64,000 bases of DNA from Fimbriimonadales bacterium (GCA_045862955.1 BTVI01000002.1:64001-128000); one strand, 5' to 3'. Positions 30,518-40,851 are shown, numbered from the stretch's first letter. The notes: a model not told the origin generated them from the sequence alone. Numbers and translations are program-made.

Positions 30518-31423
30518 GTGAGCAAGGCTTTTCTCTTCCCCGGTCAAGGTTCCCAGGTTCCCGGCATGGGCCGCAACATCCGCGAGGCTTCATCGGCCGC
30601 GCGCGAGGCCTTCGAGCGCGTGAGCGAGGCGGTTGGAAGCGACGTGGCCGCCCTCTGTAACGAAAGCGATCCGGAGACGCTCCGCCGCACCGAGAACGCC
30701 CAGATTGCGCTCTATACCTGTGGCGTAGCGACGGCCGCAGCGCTGAACGAGAAGGGACTCGTGCCTGCGTTCACTCTCGGCCACAGCGTCGGCGAGTACG
30801 CTGCACTAGCGGCTGCAGGCGTCATCTCGCTAGAAGACGGCGCTCGCCTCGTCGCTCGCCGCGGCGAGCTAATGTCCCAAGCAGAGAACGGCGGAATGGC
30901 TGCGATCATCGGACTGGACGATGCACAAGTGGAAGCGGCTTGCTCCGGTGTTTCGGAAGGCATCGTGGTGGTCGCCAACTACAACTCGCCCGGCCAGGTC
31001 GTGATCTCCGGAGAGCCGGCTGCGGTGGCGGCGGCGTGCGCGAACGCCACGGCGGCAGGGGCGCGACGGGTGGTCCCGCTGAACGTCTCGGGTGCATTCC
31101 ACTCGCCGCTGATGCAGGAAGCTGCGGCCCACATGCGCTCGGCTCTGGCGAGCGTTTCGTTCTCCACGGGCACCGCCCGGGTGGCGTCCAACGTCCTGGG
31201 CGATTTCGTGACAGACGCAGCCGCCTGGCCCGATCTCCTCGCGAGGCAGATAGCGTCGCCTGTTCGCTGGACAGACTGCATTCGGGCGGCGGTGCGCGAA
31301 GGCGCTACGGAGTTCTTCGAGTGTGGGCCAGGCAACGTGTTGTGTGGTCTGCTGCGGCGCATTGCGCCCGAGGCCGAGTGCACCGGCGTGGGGGACGCAG
31401 AGGCTTTGGCAGGACTTTCTTAG
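30518..31423 (+). CDS. fabD: Malonyl-CoA:ACP transacylase
   Basis: FLFPGQGSQ, GHSVGEY, NYNSPGQVV, VSGAFHS, SPVRW, GPGNVL. Confidence 0.95.
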   Translation: MSKAFLFPGQGSQVPGMGRNIREASSAAREAFERVSEAVGSDVAALCNESDPETLRRTENAQIALYTCGVATAAALNEKGLVPAFTLGHSVGEYAALAAAGVISLEDGARLVARRGELMSQAENGGMAAIIGLDDAQVEAACSGVSEGIVVVANYNSPGQVVISGEPAAVAAACANATAAGARRVVPLNVSGAFHSPLMQEAAAHMRSALASVSFSTGTARVASNVLGDFVTDAAAWPDLLARQIASPVRWTDCIRAAVREGATEFFECGPGNVLCGLLRRIAPEAECTGVGDAEALAGLS

Positions 31424-31445
31424 TGGCGCAGGTAGACTTTCCCGC

Positions 31446-32639
31446 ATGGATTTCGCCCTAACGAACGAGCACAAGCTGATTCAGGAGAGTGCCCGCCGCT
31501 TCGCCGAAACCGAAGTGCTGCCCGGCCTGAAAGAACGAGACCGGGAGGGAAGGCCCGACCCCAACCTGCTCAAGAAGATGGGCGAAGCGGGGCTGCTCGG
31601 CGTGTGCATTCCCGCCAAGTACGGGGGGCAGGATGCGGACTATGTCAGCCTCGGCCTCGTGTGCGAAGAACTGGAGCGAGCCGATAGCACCGCGCGCGTG
31701 ATCATGTCCGTGCACGTCGGGTTGAACAGCCTGGCGCTGCTGCAGTGGGGAACGGAGGAACAGAAGCAGCGATTCCTGGTGCCACAGGCGAAGGGTGAGA
31801 AGTTCGCCGGCTTCGGACTGACAGAGCCCAACGCCGGCTCTGACGTGGTGGGCATCCGAAGCACCGCGGTGCGCGATGGTGACACGTATGTGTTGAACGG
31901 CGAGAAGACGTGGATCAGCCTGGCCGACCTGGCGGACCACTTCCTGGTAGTGGCCTACACGGATCGTGCGAAGAAGTCGCGTGGGATGACGGCGTTCGTA
32001 GTGGAGCGGGGCATGCCCGGCTTCACCACCCAGCCGATCCATGGCAAGCTGGGTGTGCGCGCCGGCGACACGGGAACTCTAGTCATGCAAGACGTTCGCG
32101 TGCCGGCCGCGAACCGCATCGGCGAGGAGGGTGAGGGGTTCAAGATTGCGATGTCGGCGCTCGACAACGGACGCTACACGGTGGCGAGCGGAGCGGTAGG
32201 GATCATCGTCGCGTGCTTGGATGCGTGCGTGCCGTATTGCCGCGACAGGAAGACGGGTGGGCAGGAGATCGGCAAGCACCAACTCGTCCAGCAGATGGTA
32301 GCGCGCATGGCAGCATCGCGCGACATCGGAAGACTGTTGTACTACCGGTGTGGGTGGATGAAGAACCAGGGCATGCGTTGCACGCGCGAGGTGAGCATGG
32401 CGAAGTGGATCAACTGCGATAACGCATTCGCTGCAGCCAACGACGCGGTGCAGATCCATGGTGCCTACGGATATAGCGATGAGTTCCCCGTGGAGCGTTA
32501 CCTGAGGAACAGCCGGGGAGCGGTGATCTATGAAGGCACACGCGAGATCCACACTCTGATGCAGGCGGAGTATGAACTCGGCTACCGCCACGATCGCCCT
32601 CTTCGCTGCGAACTTCCCGGCTGGCCGTTCGAGGGCTGA
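31446..32639 (+). CDS. Acyl-CoA dehydrogenase
   Basis: FGLTEPNAGSD, LNGEKTWIS, GEEGEGFKIAM, QIHGAYGY, IYEGTREI. Confidence 0.95.
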   Translation: MDFALTNEHKLIQESARRFAETEVLPGLKERDREGRPDPNLLKKMGEAGLLGVCIPAKYGGQDADYVSLGLVCEELERADSTARVIMSVHVGLNSLALLQWGTEEQKQRFLVPQAKGEKFAGFGLTEPNAGSDVVGIRSTAVRDGDTYVLNGEKTWISLADLADHFLVVAYTDRAKKSRGMTAFVVERGMPGFTTQPIHGKLGVRAGDTGTLVMQDVRVPAANRIGEEGEGFKIAMSALDNGRYTVASGAVGIIVACLDACVPYCRDRKTGGQEIGKHQLVQQMVARMAASRDIGRLLYYRCGWMKNQGMRCTREVSMAKWINCDNAFAAANDAVQIHGAYGYSDEFPVERYLRNSRGAVIYEGTREIHTLMQAEYELGYRHDRPLRCELPGWPFEG

Positions 32640-32730
32640 CTGGTAGGTTGGCGGTGTAGGGGCATGCTGTGCTACTCCCGTTCGATCCCCCCACCCGCGC
32701 TCGGGTGGAGAGCGTCTGTCTGTCGGCATT

Positions 32731-32938
32731 GCCTCCATCCGAGGGCGGATGGAGGAACACATGCCGCGGCTCAGCATCCTCACAGGCCGTAGCCTTCATC
32801 CTAGGGTGGAGGGAGGAACGGATGCCGCGGCCCAGCATCCTCACAGGCCGTAGCCTTCATCCTAGGGCGGAGGGAGGAACGGATGCCGCGGCCCAGCATC
32901 GTCACAGGCGCTAGCCTTCATCCGAGGGTGGAGGGAGG
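32731..32938. repeat. Palindrome B followed by three 61-bp tandem units
   Basis: gcctccatccgagggcggatggagg at 32731; unit atgccgcggc(t/c)cagcatc.tcacaggc..tagccttcatcc.aggg.ggagggagg starts at 32761, 32822, 32883. Confidence 0.85.
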
Positions 32939-32987
32939 TATGGCTTGGGCCAGCGTAGAGCGGTAACAAGGCACATAGCACCAAACC

Positions 32988-33206
32988 GTCATGCTGAGCC
33001 TGTCGAAGCATGACGGCGGGTACCGCGAACCTCACTTTGCACACTGCTACCATGCGGCTCGTGGTGTCATGCTTCGACAGGCTCAGCATGACGTTGCTTG
33101 CGGGGTTGCCAAGGGCGAGGGCCGCATGCCTCGACGGGCTCGGCATGACGGTGCTTGGGGGGTTGCCGAAGGATAAGCCCACATGCCTCCTCAGGCTCAG
33201 CATGAC
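32988..33206. repeat. Four copies of REP family GTCATGCTGAGCCTGTCGAAGCATGAC (one inverted doublet plus two degenerate copies)
   Basis: Copies at 32988-33014, 33066-33092, 33125-33149, 33182-33206. Confidence 0.85.
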
Positions 33207-33312
33207 GGCTACCACTGAACAAGTGTTGTAGGAGTACGGAGGCACGGTGTGTGCACAATCAATACCCCACAACGGGTGAGGGCGACTCGTGTCCTTGTGG
33301 TATCCTGCGCAC

Positions 33313-34266
33313 ATGGAGTCAGCCGACAGGGACAGCGTAGAGGCAACTCCCAGGGAGGAGTTGCTGCGGGAACTACAGCACATCTACACCGAACTCCAGA
33401 GCCTCAAACAGACGGTCGAGAGCCTAGATTCGAGGCTCACATCGGCGTTGGACTCGCTACGACATCTACGGCCCGATGCCAATGGAGCGCAGACCGATGG
33501 GGGTACGAACCAGACCAGTGACGGACTTGGACACCTAACCGCGCTCGAGTGGCTCAGACTCAAAGGCATCGCGGTCCGCCACGAGAGCCCACCGGACTAC
33601 GACTACTCCGCGTTGGATCACCTTTCCAAATTGCTTGGAGAGCACAGAAAGGATGTTCGTCGGGTATTCGACGCTATCCGTGCGGCGCTGAGCGACAAAG
33701 GCATAATCCGAGTCGACCTGTCTAGGGCCAGCCAGGAGGAGCTCTCGTACTCCACGCAGATGTGCACCATCATGCGTGACCATGCTCTTCTCAGGGAGTA
33801 CCACTACGCTAAGGGCCGGCGACTTGTGTTAGGGAATGTTCTCCGCGAAGGCTATATCATCAACTATCTGACTGGGAAGTGGTTCGAGCGCTTTGTGCAT
33901 CTGAAAGTGTCGGCTCTGCTCCAGGCGCATTCCCTGCAGGCAGATTTGCTAGTCAACCCTAAGATTATCTTCCCGAACGGGGATGACTTCGAGCTGGACC
34001 TGTTCTGGACTGTGGACTCCACACCTTTGTGGATAGAATGCAAGACTGGAGACTATAGTGAGCATGTGGTAAAGTATGCCAAGGTGAGAAAATCGCTCCA
34101 TGTTCCCGCAGAGCGATCGATTTTGGTAGTGTACGGTCTCGATGACTGGCGGTGCAACTCGCTAACGAAGCTGCACGGGATAAACATCACCAATGAGGTG
34201 GGATTGTCGGATGTAGTGAGAAGGTGTCTTGGGCTAGCACCCGTCAATGCTCAGGTTGGGGGGTGA
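33313..34266 (+). CDS. Hypothetical protein with N-terminal coiled coil and C-terminal PD-(D/E)XK nuclease-like domain
   Basis: LTGKWFERFV...N...FELDLF......WIECKTG pattern, as in Card1/DUF1887-type nuclease domains. Confidence 0.7.
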   Translation: MESADRDSVEATPREELLRELQHIYTELQSLKQTVESLDSRLTSALDSLRHLRPDANGAQTDGGTNQTSDGLGHLTALEWLRLKGIAVRHESPPDYDYSALDHLSKLLGEHRKDVRRVFDAIRAALSDKGIIRVDLSRASQEELSYSTQMCTIMRDHALLREYHYAKGRRLVLGNVLREGYIINYLTGKWFERFVHLKVSALLQAHSLQADLLVNPKIIFPNGDDFELDLFWTVDSTPLWIECKTGDYSEHVVKYAKVRKSLHVPAERSILVVYGLDDWRCNSLTKLHGINITNEVGLSDVVRRCLGLAPVNAQVGG

Positions 34267-34399
34267 AGCGAAGACCTACTCACCCAGCCCCTCGAGGGGC
34301 GAAGCGCATCACACCTCGACAGAAGGCGCGGATAACACTACGAGCCTTCTCGGTCACCAAGACTGGTGCCAGTTGCCGTGTGGTTCCACCTCTTGCCGG

Positions 34400-35350
34400 C
34401 TATGCTGGTTCAGCCTGCGCCTGAGCCCAGCTGGAGTCACAGGTCACTCGGTTACGCCCTGATCTCTTACTCTCGTACATCAGTTCGTCTGCGCGGCGCA
34501 GCGCCTCGTCCAGTGTCTCGTCATCGCCTACCAGCGAAGCACCGATGGACACGGTGACCTGAATGTTGCCCTGCGGGCTCTCGACGTACGAGTTCTCCAC
34601 GAGCATCCGATATCGGTGAGCACAACGAAGCATCTCGTGCTCGTCTACCTGTGCAAGGCCCACGACGAACTCCTCACCGCCCCACCGACCAACCACGTCC
34701 ATCGCCCTCGAGCTGTTGGCTAGGGTCTGGGCAACCATTCGCAACACTCTGTCGCCTGTGTCGTGTCCGTAGGTGTCGTTGACCCACTTAAATCGGTCCA
34801 CGTCCAGAAACAGCAGCCCGAACCCCCAACCCATTCTCCGTGACTGCTCCAGTCCGGATTGAAGCGCCTGCTCACAGTAGCGGCGATTTGCCACCTCGGT
34901 CAACGGATCCAGGCACGCCGACCGCTTCAGATCGTCGGCGAGCGAGAGTGCCGCAACGGTTCGGGTGTTGTCACTGAACACCTCGACGGCACCGATGATC
35001 TGGCCGTTCTCCCCGCGGATCGGCGATACCCGTACGATTACAGGTACCCGATGCCCATCTCGATGGTGCAGGCAGACCTCGGCCTGCTGCGACTCGCCGC
35101 TTAGAATGGTGGCAGTAAGCGGGCACGCCGTGTGGCAGAGCGCAGTCCCCTCGTCGTCCACATGCCTCAAAGGTGTATTCCAGCAGCACTTTCCCACCGA
35201 CTCCTCAGAGGAGTAACCCGTGAGCCGCTCGGCACCCCGGTTCCAATACGTGATCCGCCGGTCTCGGTCTACGAAGTACACCCCGTCGTACAAGTTGTCC
35301 AGAAGTTCTCGATAGAATTCCTCGTTGTGCATCACGCAGCCTCCACCCAT
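34400..35350 (-). CDS. PAS-GGDEF diguanylate cyclase
   Basis: PAS (WNRGAERLTGY); DPLTEVANRR, DVDRFKWVNDTYGHDTGD, RAMD I-site, RWGGEEF, MYESKRSGRNRV. Confidence 0.93.
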   Translation of the reverse strand: MGGGCVMHNEEFYRELLDNLYDGVYFVDRDRRITYWNRGAERLTGYSSEESVGKCCWNTPLRHVDDEGTALCHTACPLTATILSGESQQAEVCLHHRDGHRVPVIVRVSPIRGENGQIIGAVEVFSDNTRTVAALSLADDLKRSACLDPLTEVANRRYCEQALQSGLEQSRRMGWGFGLLFLDVDRFKWVNDTYGHDTGDRVLRMVAQTLANSSRAMDVVGRWGGEEFVVGLAQVDEHEMLRCAHRYRMLVENSYVESPQGNIQVTVSIGASLVGDDETLDEALRRADELMYESKRSGRNRVTCDSSWAQAQAEPA

Positions 35351-35477
35351 TTCCTTCCATAGCCGTTACGCCTTCTGAACGAGATTCCCCGCACTGTGCA
35401 AGGAGCTCCAGCCCGCCGCGTCAGACGCTGGAGCGGTCCAGGGGCATTCGGACGCACGGAACGGGTAGGCTATTCGT

Positions 35478-38093
35478 GTGGACAACGAGGTCATCTCCAG
35501 CGGTATCGCACCGCTGGACGAGGCAATACAGGGACTTCGGCTCGGAGACAACGTCGTCTGGAGAGTCGCCAACCTCGCCGACTACAAGTATTTCGCCGAG
35601 CCTTTCGCCCGCCATTCCATCTCCGAAGGCCGGGACTGCTACTATCTGCGTTTCGCGCCACACGAGCCCATCGTAAGCTCGGTCCCCGGGGTCGAGACCA
35701 TTGAGCTGAATCCGAAGCAGGGCTTCGACGCTTTCACCGGCGAGGTGTACGACCTGGCCGAGCGGCTCGGCGAAGAGGTCTTCTACGTTTTCGACAATCT
35801 CTCGGCGCTGGTGGAGGAGTGGGCGACCGACGAGCTGCTGGCCAACTTCTTCCAGGTGACCTGCCCGTTCCTCTACGAGCTGCGCACGATTGCTTACTTC
35901 GCGCTCTCACGCCAGCAACACCCTCACAGTGCGGTGGCCAGGCTTCGCGACACCCCGCAGGTACTGCTGGACGTGTACCGCGTGAAGGGGCAGATGTATG
36001 TCCACCCGATCAAGGTGCTGGGCCGCTACTCCCCCCATATGTTCGTGCCGCACGCCGTTTCCCCCGACGGCTGGACACACGTCGTGCAGAGCGGCGATGC
36101 TGCCACCGTAACTGCAGCCGCCCGAAAGGCACCGCTGGGCGGCCCCATCACGCAGACTGCGCCATGGGAACGCGTGTACCGCAAGCTTCTGCAGTTCGTG
36201 GAGGACGGCGACGAGGTGCCGGAGCAGAACCCCGAGATTCGCGAGCTGAAGAGCCATCTCTGTCGCATGGTCATGGGCAGTCACCCGGGCTTCGACCGCC
36301 TGGCTGATAGGTACTTCACGCTAGATGACCTGCTGAGTGTACGCAATCGTCTGATCGGTTCGGGGCGCGTAGGGGGCAAAGCGGCGGGGATGCTGCTCGC
36401 CCGCGCCATCTTGCGCTCGGAAGCCGAAGAAGTGGCACTCGATTACGGACCCGTTCTGGAGCGACACGACTCCTTCTACATCGGGTCGGACGTCTTCTTT
36501 ACGTTTCTGGTGAGGAACCAACTCTTCCGCGATCGGTTGCACATCAGTCATAGGGCTGAGATCTCGCCTGAGGAGTTCGAAGAGATCGGGCGGCGGTTTC
36601 AGTCCGGAACCTTCCCCGCGGAGATCGTAGACCAGTTCCGCAGCATGATTGACTACTACGGACAGGCTCCGATCATCGTGCGGTCTAGCAGTCTGTTGGA
36701 AGACAGCTTCGGTAACGCCTTCGCGGGCAAATACCACAGCGAGTTCTTGGCTAATCAGGGCTCGCCGGAGGAGAGACTCGAATCGCTAATGGCTGCGATC
36801 AAGCGTGTGTACGCGAGTGCGCTCAGCCCGGACGCGCTAGCCTACCGCAAGCGACGTGGCCTGCTCCGAAACACGGAACAGATGGCGGTGTTAGTGCAGC
36901 GAGTTTCGGGCATGCCGTATCGCAACTGGTTTTTCCCTGCGCTCGCGGGCGTCGCCTTTTCGCGGAACATGTACGCATGGACCGACCGGATCGACCCTAA
37001 GCAGGGCGTAATTCGACTGGTCTTCGGGCTGGGCACGCGTGCCGTGGAGCGCGTGGGAGGCGACTATCCCCGCATGATCCCTGTTAGTGCTCCCTTCCTC
37101 CGGCCAGAGACGGGGCTGGACATCGCTGTGCACTCACAGCACGCTGTAGACGTGTTGGACATGACAGCCAACCGTGAGGTGACACTACCACTGACCGAGG
37201 TGCTGCGTGATCTCGACTACCCGGGCATGCATTACTTCGTTTCTCAGCGCACCGACGATGACATTCAGCATCCTGTTAGTAATCGCGTGGAGGGCCCCGC
37301 AGAGAGGCTGGTGCTAACGTTCGAGAACCTGCTGCGTCGCACGGACTTCGTGTCCACGCTGGGTGGGCTTCTCGCACGCTTGGACTCGGCATATGGTATG
37401 GCAGTGGATGTGGAGTTTACGGCGCACGTTCGACAGGACGGCTCGGTCAGGGTCAACCTCCTGCAGTGCCGCCCGATGACCTTGCCGGGCGCGGCAGAGC
37501 GTGTTACGGTTCCCAGCGATCTTCCTGCCGAGCGAGTCGTCTTTCGCACGAACAGGATGCTGGCGGGTGGCGAGGTGCACGGCATTCGGCACATCGTCTA
37601 CGTAGACACCGCCGCTTACGCAGCCCTGCCGCAGAGCGAGAAGCGGTCGGTGGGACGGGCAGTGGGCAAGATCAACGAGCGATTCGGATCGCGAGGGAAG
37701 CTCTTGACGATGGGACCAGGCCGCTGGGGGAGCAGCAACCTGGACCTGGGGGTGAACGTCGGATACGCCGATATAAGCAACGCTGCGGTGCTCGTGGAGA
37801 TTGCGCGATCGGAGTCGGGGCAGGTTCCCGAAGTCTCCTACGGCACTCATTTCTTCCTAGACCTCGTCGAGGCCGGAGTCATCTATTTGCCCGTATATCC
37901 CGATGAACCGGAGTCCCGGTACAACGAAGCGATGTTACAAGGGGCGCCGTCTGTGCTCAGCGAGGAACTCCCGGAGTTGTCCTCGCTGAATGAGCTGCTA
38001 CGTGTGATAGACGTGCCCGCTGCCACCGGTGGCATGTACGCCCACGTGGTAGCAGACCCCGATAGCCGGCAAGCGGTGTGCTACTTGGAGTAG
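35478..38093 (+). CDS. PEP/pyruvate-binding (PPDK/PEP-synthase N-terminal ATP-grasp) domain protein with degenerate KaiC/RecA-like N-terminus
   Basis: ISSGIAPLDEAIQGLRLGDNVVW; VGGKAAG, IVRSSSLLED..FAGKY, MAVLVQRV, VFGLGT, DVEF, LLQCRP; C-terminal GPGRWGS and SYGTHFF. Confidence 0.8.
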   Translation: MDNEVISSGIAPLDEAIQGLRLGDNVVWRVANLADYKYFAEPFARHSISEGRDCYYLRFAPHEPIVSSVPGVETIELNPKQGFDAFTGEVYDLAERLGEEVFYVFDNLSALVEEWATDELLANFFQVTCPFLYELRTIAYFALSRQQHPHSAVARLRDTPQVLLDVYRVKGQMYVHPIKVLGRYSPHMFVPHAVSPDGWTHVVQSGDAATVTAAARKAPLGGPITQTAPWERVYRKLLQFVEDGDEVPEQNPEIRELKSHLCRMVMGSHPGFDRLADRYFTLDDLLSVRNRLIGSGRVGGKAAGMLLARAILRSEAEEVALDYGPVLERHDSFYIGSDVFFTFLVRNQLFRDRLHISHRAEISPEEFEEIGRRFQSGTFPAEIVDQFRSMIDYYGQAPIIVRSSSLLEDSFGNAFAGKYHSEFLANQGSPEERLESLMAAIKRVYASALSPDALAYRKRRGLLRNTEQMAVLVQRVSGMPYRNWFFPALAGVAFSRNMYAWTDRIDPKQGVIRLVFGLGTRAVERVGGDYPRMIPVSAPFLRPETGLDIAVHSQHAVDVLDMTANREVTLPLTEVLRDLDYPGMHYFVSQRTDDDIQHPVSNRVEGPAERLVLTFENLLRRTDFVSTLGGLLARLDSAYGMAVDVEFTAHVRQDGSVRVNLLQCRPMTLPGAAERVTVPSDLPAERVVFRTNRMLAGGEVHGIRHIVYVDTAAYAALPQSEKRSVGRAVGKINERFGSRGKLLTMGPGRWGSSNLDLGVNVGYADISNAAVLVEIARSESGQVPEVSYGTHFFLDLVEAGVIYLPVYPDEPESRYNEAMLQGAPSVLSEELPELSSLNELLRVIDVPAATGGMYAHVVADPDSRQAVCYLE

Positions 38094-38102
38094 CCGCTCG
38101 GG

Positions 38103-39005
38103 TTAGCTCGGCTCGGCTTCGTACAACATCTGGTCCATCATCGACGTAGTGTCCATCAGCTCGAGTACCAAGCCGCGGTGGTGGCGGGTCCCTCGCTCGC
38201 TGGGAGCCAACACCAGCCGGTGCGAGCGTCCGAACATCTCCAACTCCCGATCCGTCAGAAACGCAGCGTCATCGAATACCTGCTCGGCGAACGTGCGCAG
38301 GATGTTCATGCAGATCGTCTTCTGCTCGCGTCCTACGTCGCACATCTCGAGGTCTGGCAGGCCTAGCTTCCTCATGCCGTGAGTGTGCAGCCACCAGCCA
38401 CGCGCCTCCTCGACGGCGTCGAAGGCGATGAGCCGCTCGAACGTCTGCTTGGCATTCTCCGACATCATTTCCGTCTTCCATCGCTCGCCGGTGTAGAAGC
38501 GCATGCCTTCGCGGTCATAGATGAGATCCGAGCCCATGAGATCGGCTACCGCATCGGCGAGGTGGGTGAGGAAGTGGAGGTAGTCGCGGTTCGGCATCGG
38601 CTCCTCGGCCACGAAGCGAACAATCACCATGGACTTCGCCTCTCTCATCGTGTCCATCGCCTCCGGCGGCACGATGGCCTCGTCCGAGTAGAAGTTGGGG
38701 TCGAACAAGTGGCGGTTCTTGGGTGGCAGTGAGATGCCTACGTGCGTTCGGATGTCGGTAAGCAGCAGAGCCTCGTCAGTGCTCAGTGCGGGACGTCCGT
38801 AGGAGTTGTGCGGGTTTCCCCGCATCAGTCGGTTGCTGATGGCGTGTTCGGAAGGAAGGCGTTCCTTGGGGGTCCACATCCAGAACTCGTGGACGGCGGG
38901 CTGGGAGCGCTGAACCACAGGGGTGCGTCGAAACAGACGCCTCGCGCCTCGCGCCACCACGTAGAGCACCAGAACGAGTGCAATGGACCAGCCAAGCTCC
39001 CACAC
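38103..39005 (-). CDS. Membrane-anchored hypothetical protein (start uncertain, up to 39053)
   Basis: N-terminal TM; WWLHTHGMRKLGLPDLE motif reminiscent of DUF4261/DUF4026-type proteins. Confidence 0.6.
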   Translation of the reverse strand: MWELGWSIALVLVLYVVARGARRLFRRTPVVQRSQPAVHEFWMWTPKERLPSEHAISNRLMRGNPHNSYGRPALSTDEALLLTDIRTHVGISLPPKNRHLFDPNFYSDEAIVPPEAMDTMREAKSMVIVRFVAEEPMPNRDYLHFLTHLADAVADLMGSDLIYDREGMRFYTGERWKTEMMSENAKQTFERLIAFDAVEEARGWWLHTHGMRKLGLPDLEMCDVGREQKTICMNILRTFAEQVFDDAAFLTDRELEMFGRSHRLVLAPSERGTRHHRGLVLELMDTTSMMDQMLYEAEPS

Positions 39006-39087
39006 GCCACTGAGTATGACACCCCGGCCGCTGGTACAATGGGCAGTCGCCACTCAAAGGCGATGTCTCGAATCGGGGAGGAACACA

Positions 39088-39555
39088 TTGGCCAAGGTGC
39101 AGCCGGGAGACCGCGTTCGGATCAAGGAGAGACCAGCGACGGAGCAGGACGTTGCGTCCATGACGTATTTCCCCCACTATGCAGGATTGGAGGGAGAAGT
39201 GACCCGCGTGTACGACTCGGGCGAAGCGGCGGTCACGATCGACCCCGACTGTCTCCAACCGGCAGCAGCAGAGATGCATCGTAAGGTTCAGCAGCGGGTC
39301 GCCGATAAGTTCCTGACCGGCCTTTCAGAGGAGGGCCGGAAGCGGCTCACGCCGGAGGAGAAGGAGATCCACCTGAACTACGTCGTGCTGGTGAATTCCG
39401 CCGACCTCGAGCCCGCCAAGACCGCGAAGGCAGCGGCAAAGCCGAAGGTACGGGCCCACGAGGCCGAGCCCGACACGGCTCCGAAGCGCCCGAGTGCCAA
39501 GGACCTGAACAAGGCCGAAGAGGAGTACCTGGCTACTCGCAAGAAGCCGAAGTAG
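39088..39555 (+). CDS. Hypothetical protein, SH3/KOW-like N-terminus and charged tail
   Basis: GGGGAGGA RBS before TTG; VQPGDRVRI...GLEGEV; typical codon usage. Confidence 0.65.
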   Translation: MAKVQPGDRVRIKERPATEQDVASMTYFPHYAGLEGEVTRVYDSGEAAVTIDPDCLQPAAAEMHRKVQQRVADKFLTGLSEEGRKRLTPEEKEIHLNYVVLVNSADLEPAKTAKAAAKPKVRAHEAEPDTAPKRPSAKDLNKAEEEYLATRKKPK

Positions 39556-39570
39556 CTAAGTAACCACCTC

Positions 39571-40851
39571 ATGTCACTCCACGAAATCGTAGCCCCGAAT
39601 CGACCGCGAGTGCATCGCAGGCCGATCCAGCTCTTCAACATCTCTCTGCTCTGGCTCTCCGTCAACTTCTGGTGGGCGGGAGTGCTGGGGCTGCTTCTGC
39701 CGTTGTTCGTGGAGCGGCTGGTGGGCAGAGACTGGAAAGGCACCTACCTGTTCACCATCGGGGCGGCGGGGGCCGCGCTTTCGAGCATCATTCAGCTGGT
39801 CATCGGGCCGATTAGCGATCGCACGGTCAGCCGGTTCGGGCGGCGGACTCCCTACGTGTTCATCGGTGTGGTGCTGTCACTGCCCGCGATCTATCTCTTC
39901 TTTTACGCCCCGCTGGTGTTAGGTAGCTTCGCCTGGTTGTTGTTCGCCTTTTGCTGGGTACAGGTTTGGCTCAACATCAGTAACGGCCCCTATCAGGCCT
40001 TCATTCCGGACTTGGTGCCCGAGGATAGGCAAGGCTTGGCGTCCGCGTTCATGGGGATGATGCTGCTGCTCGGCCAGGCTGGTGGATTCCTCGCATACAT
40101 GCTGCTGTCCGAGAAGCTGTTCGTGCTATGCTGGATTATTATCGCCATGCTCGGGCTGTCGGTGCTGTATACTACTATCAGCGTAAGGGAGCCTCCCTCG
40201 ACCGTTTCGACACTACCTGCACTTCAATGGTCACACATTCTGCTCGTACCACTGCGACCCTATCCCAGCTTCGTGTGGCTCATGGTATCGCGCTTCTTCA
40301 TCAACATGGGTTTTTACACAGCCCTCCCCTTCCTACTCTACTACTTGCAAGACGCGCTGGGCTCTGCTCATCCGGGAGGGGACTTCGCGAAGCTTGCGTT
40401 GCTCTTTACCGGAGGAGCATTGATAGGCAATTGGCCCTCTGGCTGGCTGAGCGATCGTGTTAGCAAGAAGGCAATCGTGTATTTCACCTGTGCGATGATG
40501 GGGGCCTCCGCCATCGCCTTCGTGCTCGACCAAACACTAACAGGCGCGTTCGTGATCGGGTTTGCGTTCGGCCTGAGTTACGGAGCGTTCGTGGCAGTGG
40601 ACTGGGCCTTCGCATGCAATCTGGTGCCGAAGGAGCAGGAGGGACGCTACATGGCGGTGTGGCACCTGGCATTTACGGTGCCTCAGGTCATCGCGCCATG
40701 GGTGGGGCCGGTGGCCGATTGGTTCAATCGCACGTATCCGCACCTGCCGGGCATCGGTTGGCGGGTAGCGTTTTCCATCATCCCGATCTATCTCGCCATC
40801 GGTGCGTGGGCCATACGCCACGTGAAGGAACGGAAGCCGATCTCGGCTTGA
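39571..40851 (+). CDS. MFS transporter
   Basis: About 12 TMs; GPISDRTVSRFGRRTPY and GWLSDRVSKK MFS motifs. Confidence 0.9.
   Translation: MSLHEIVAPNRPRVHRRPIQLFNISLLWLSVNFWWAGVLGLLLPLFVERLVGRDWKGTYLFTIGAAGAALSSIIQLVIGPISDRTVSRFGRRTPYVFIGVVLSLPAIYLFFYAPLVLGSFAWLLFAFCWVQVWLNISNGPYQAFIPDLVPEDRQGLASAFMGMMLLLGQAGGFLAYMLLSEKLFVLCWIIIAMLGLSVLYTTISVREPPSTVSTLPALQWSHILLVPLRPYPSFVWLMVSRFFINMGFYTALPFLLYYLQDALGSAHPGGDFAKLALLFTGGALIGNWPSGWLSDRVSKKAIVYFTCAMMGASAIAFVLDQTLTGAFVIGFAFGLSYGAFVAVDWAFACNLVPKEQEGRYMAVWHLAFTVPQVIAPWVGPVADWFNRTYPHLPGIGWRVAFSIIPIYLAIGAWAIRHVKERKPISA

Noticed and set aside
32761..32938. Mini-CRISPR next to the nuclease-like gene
   Set aside because: Units are full-length tandem duplicates without variable spacers
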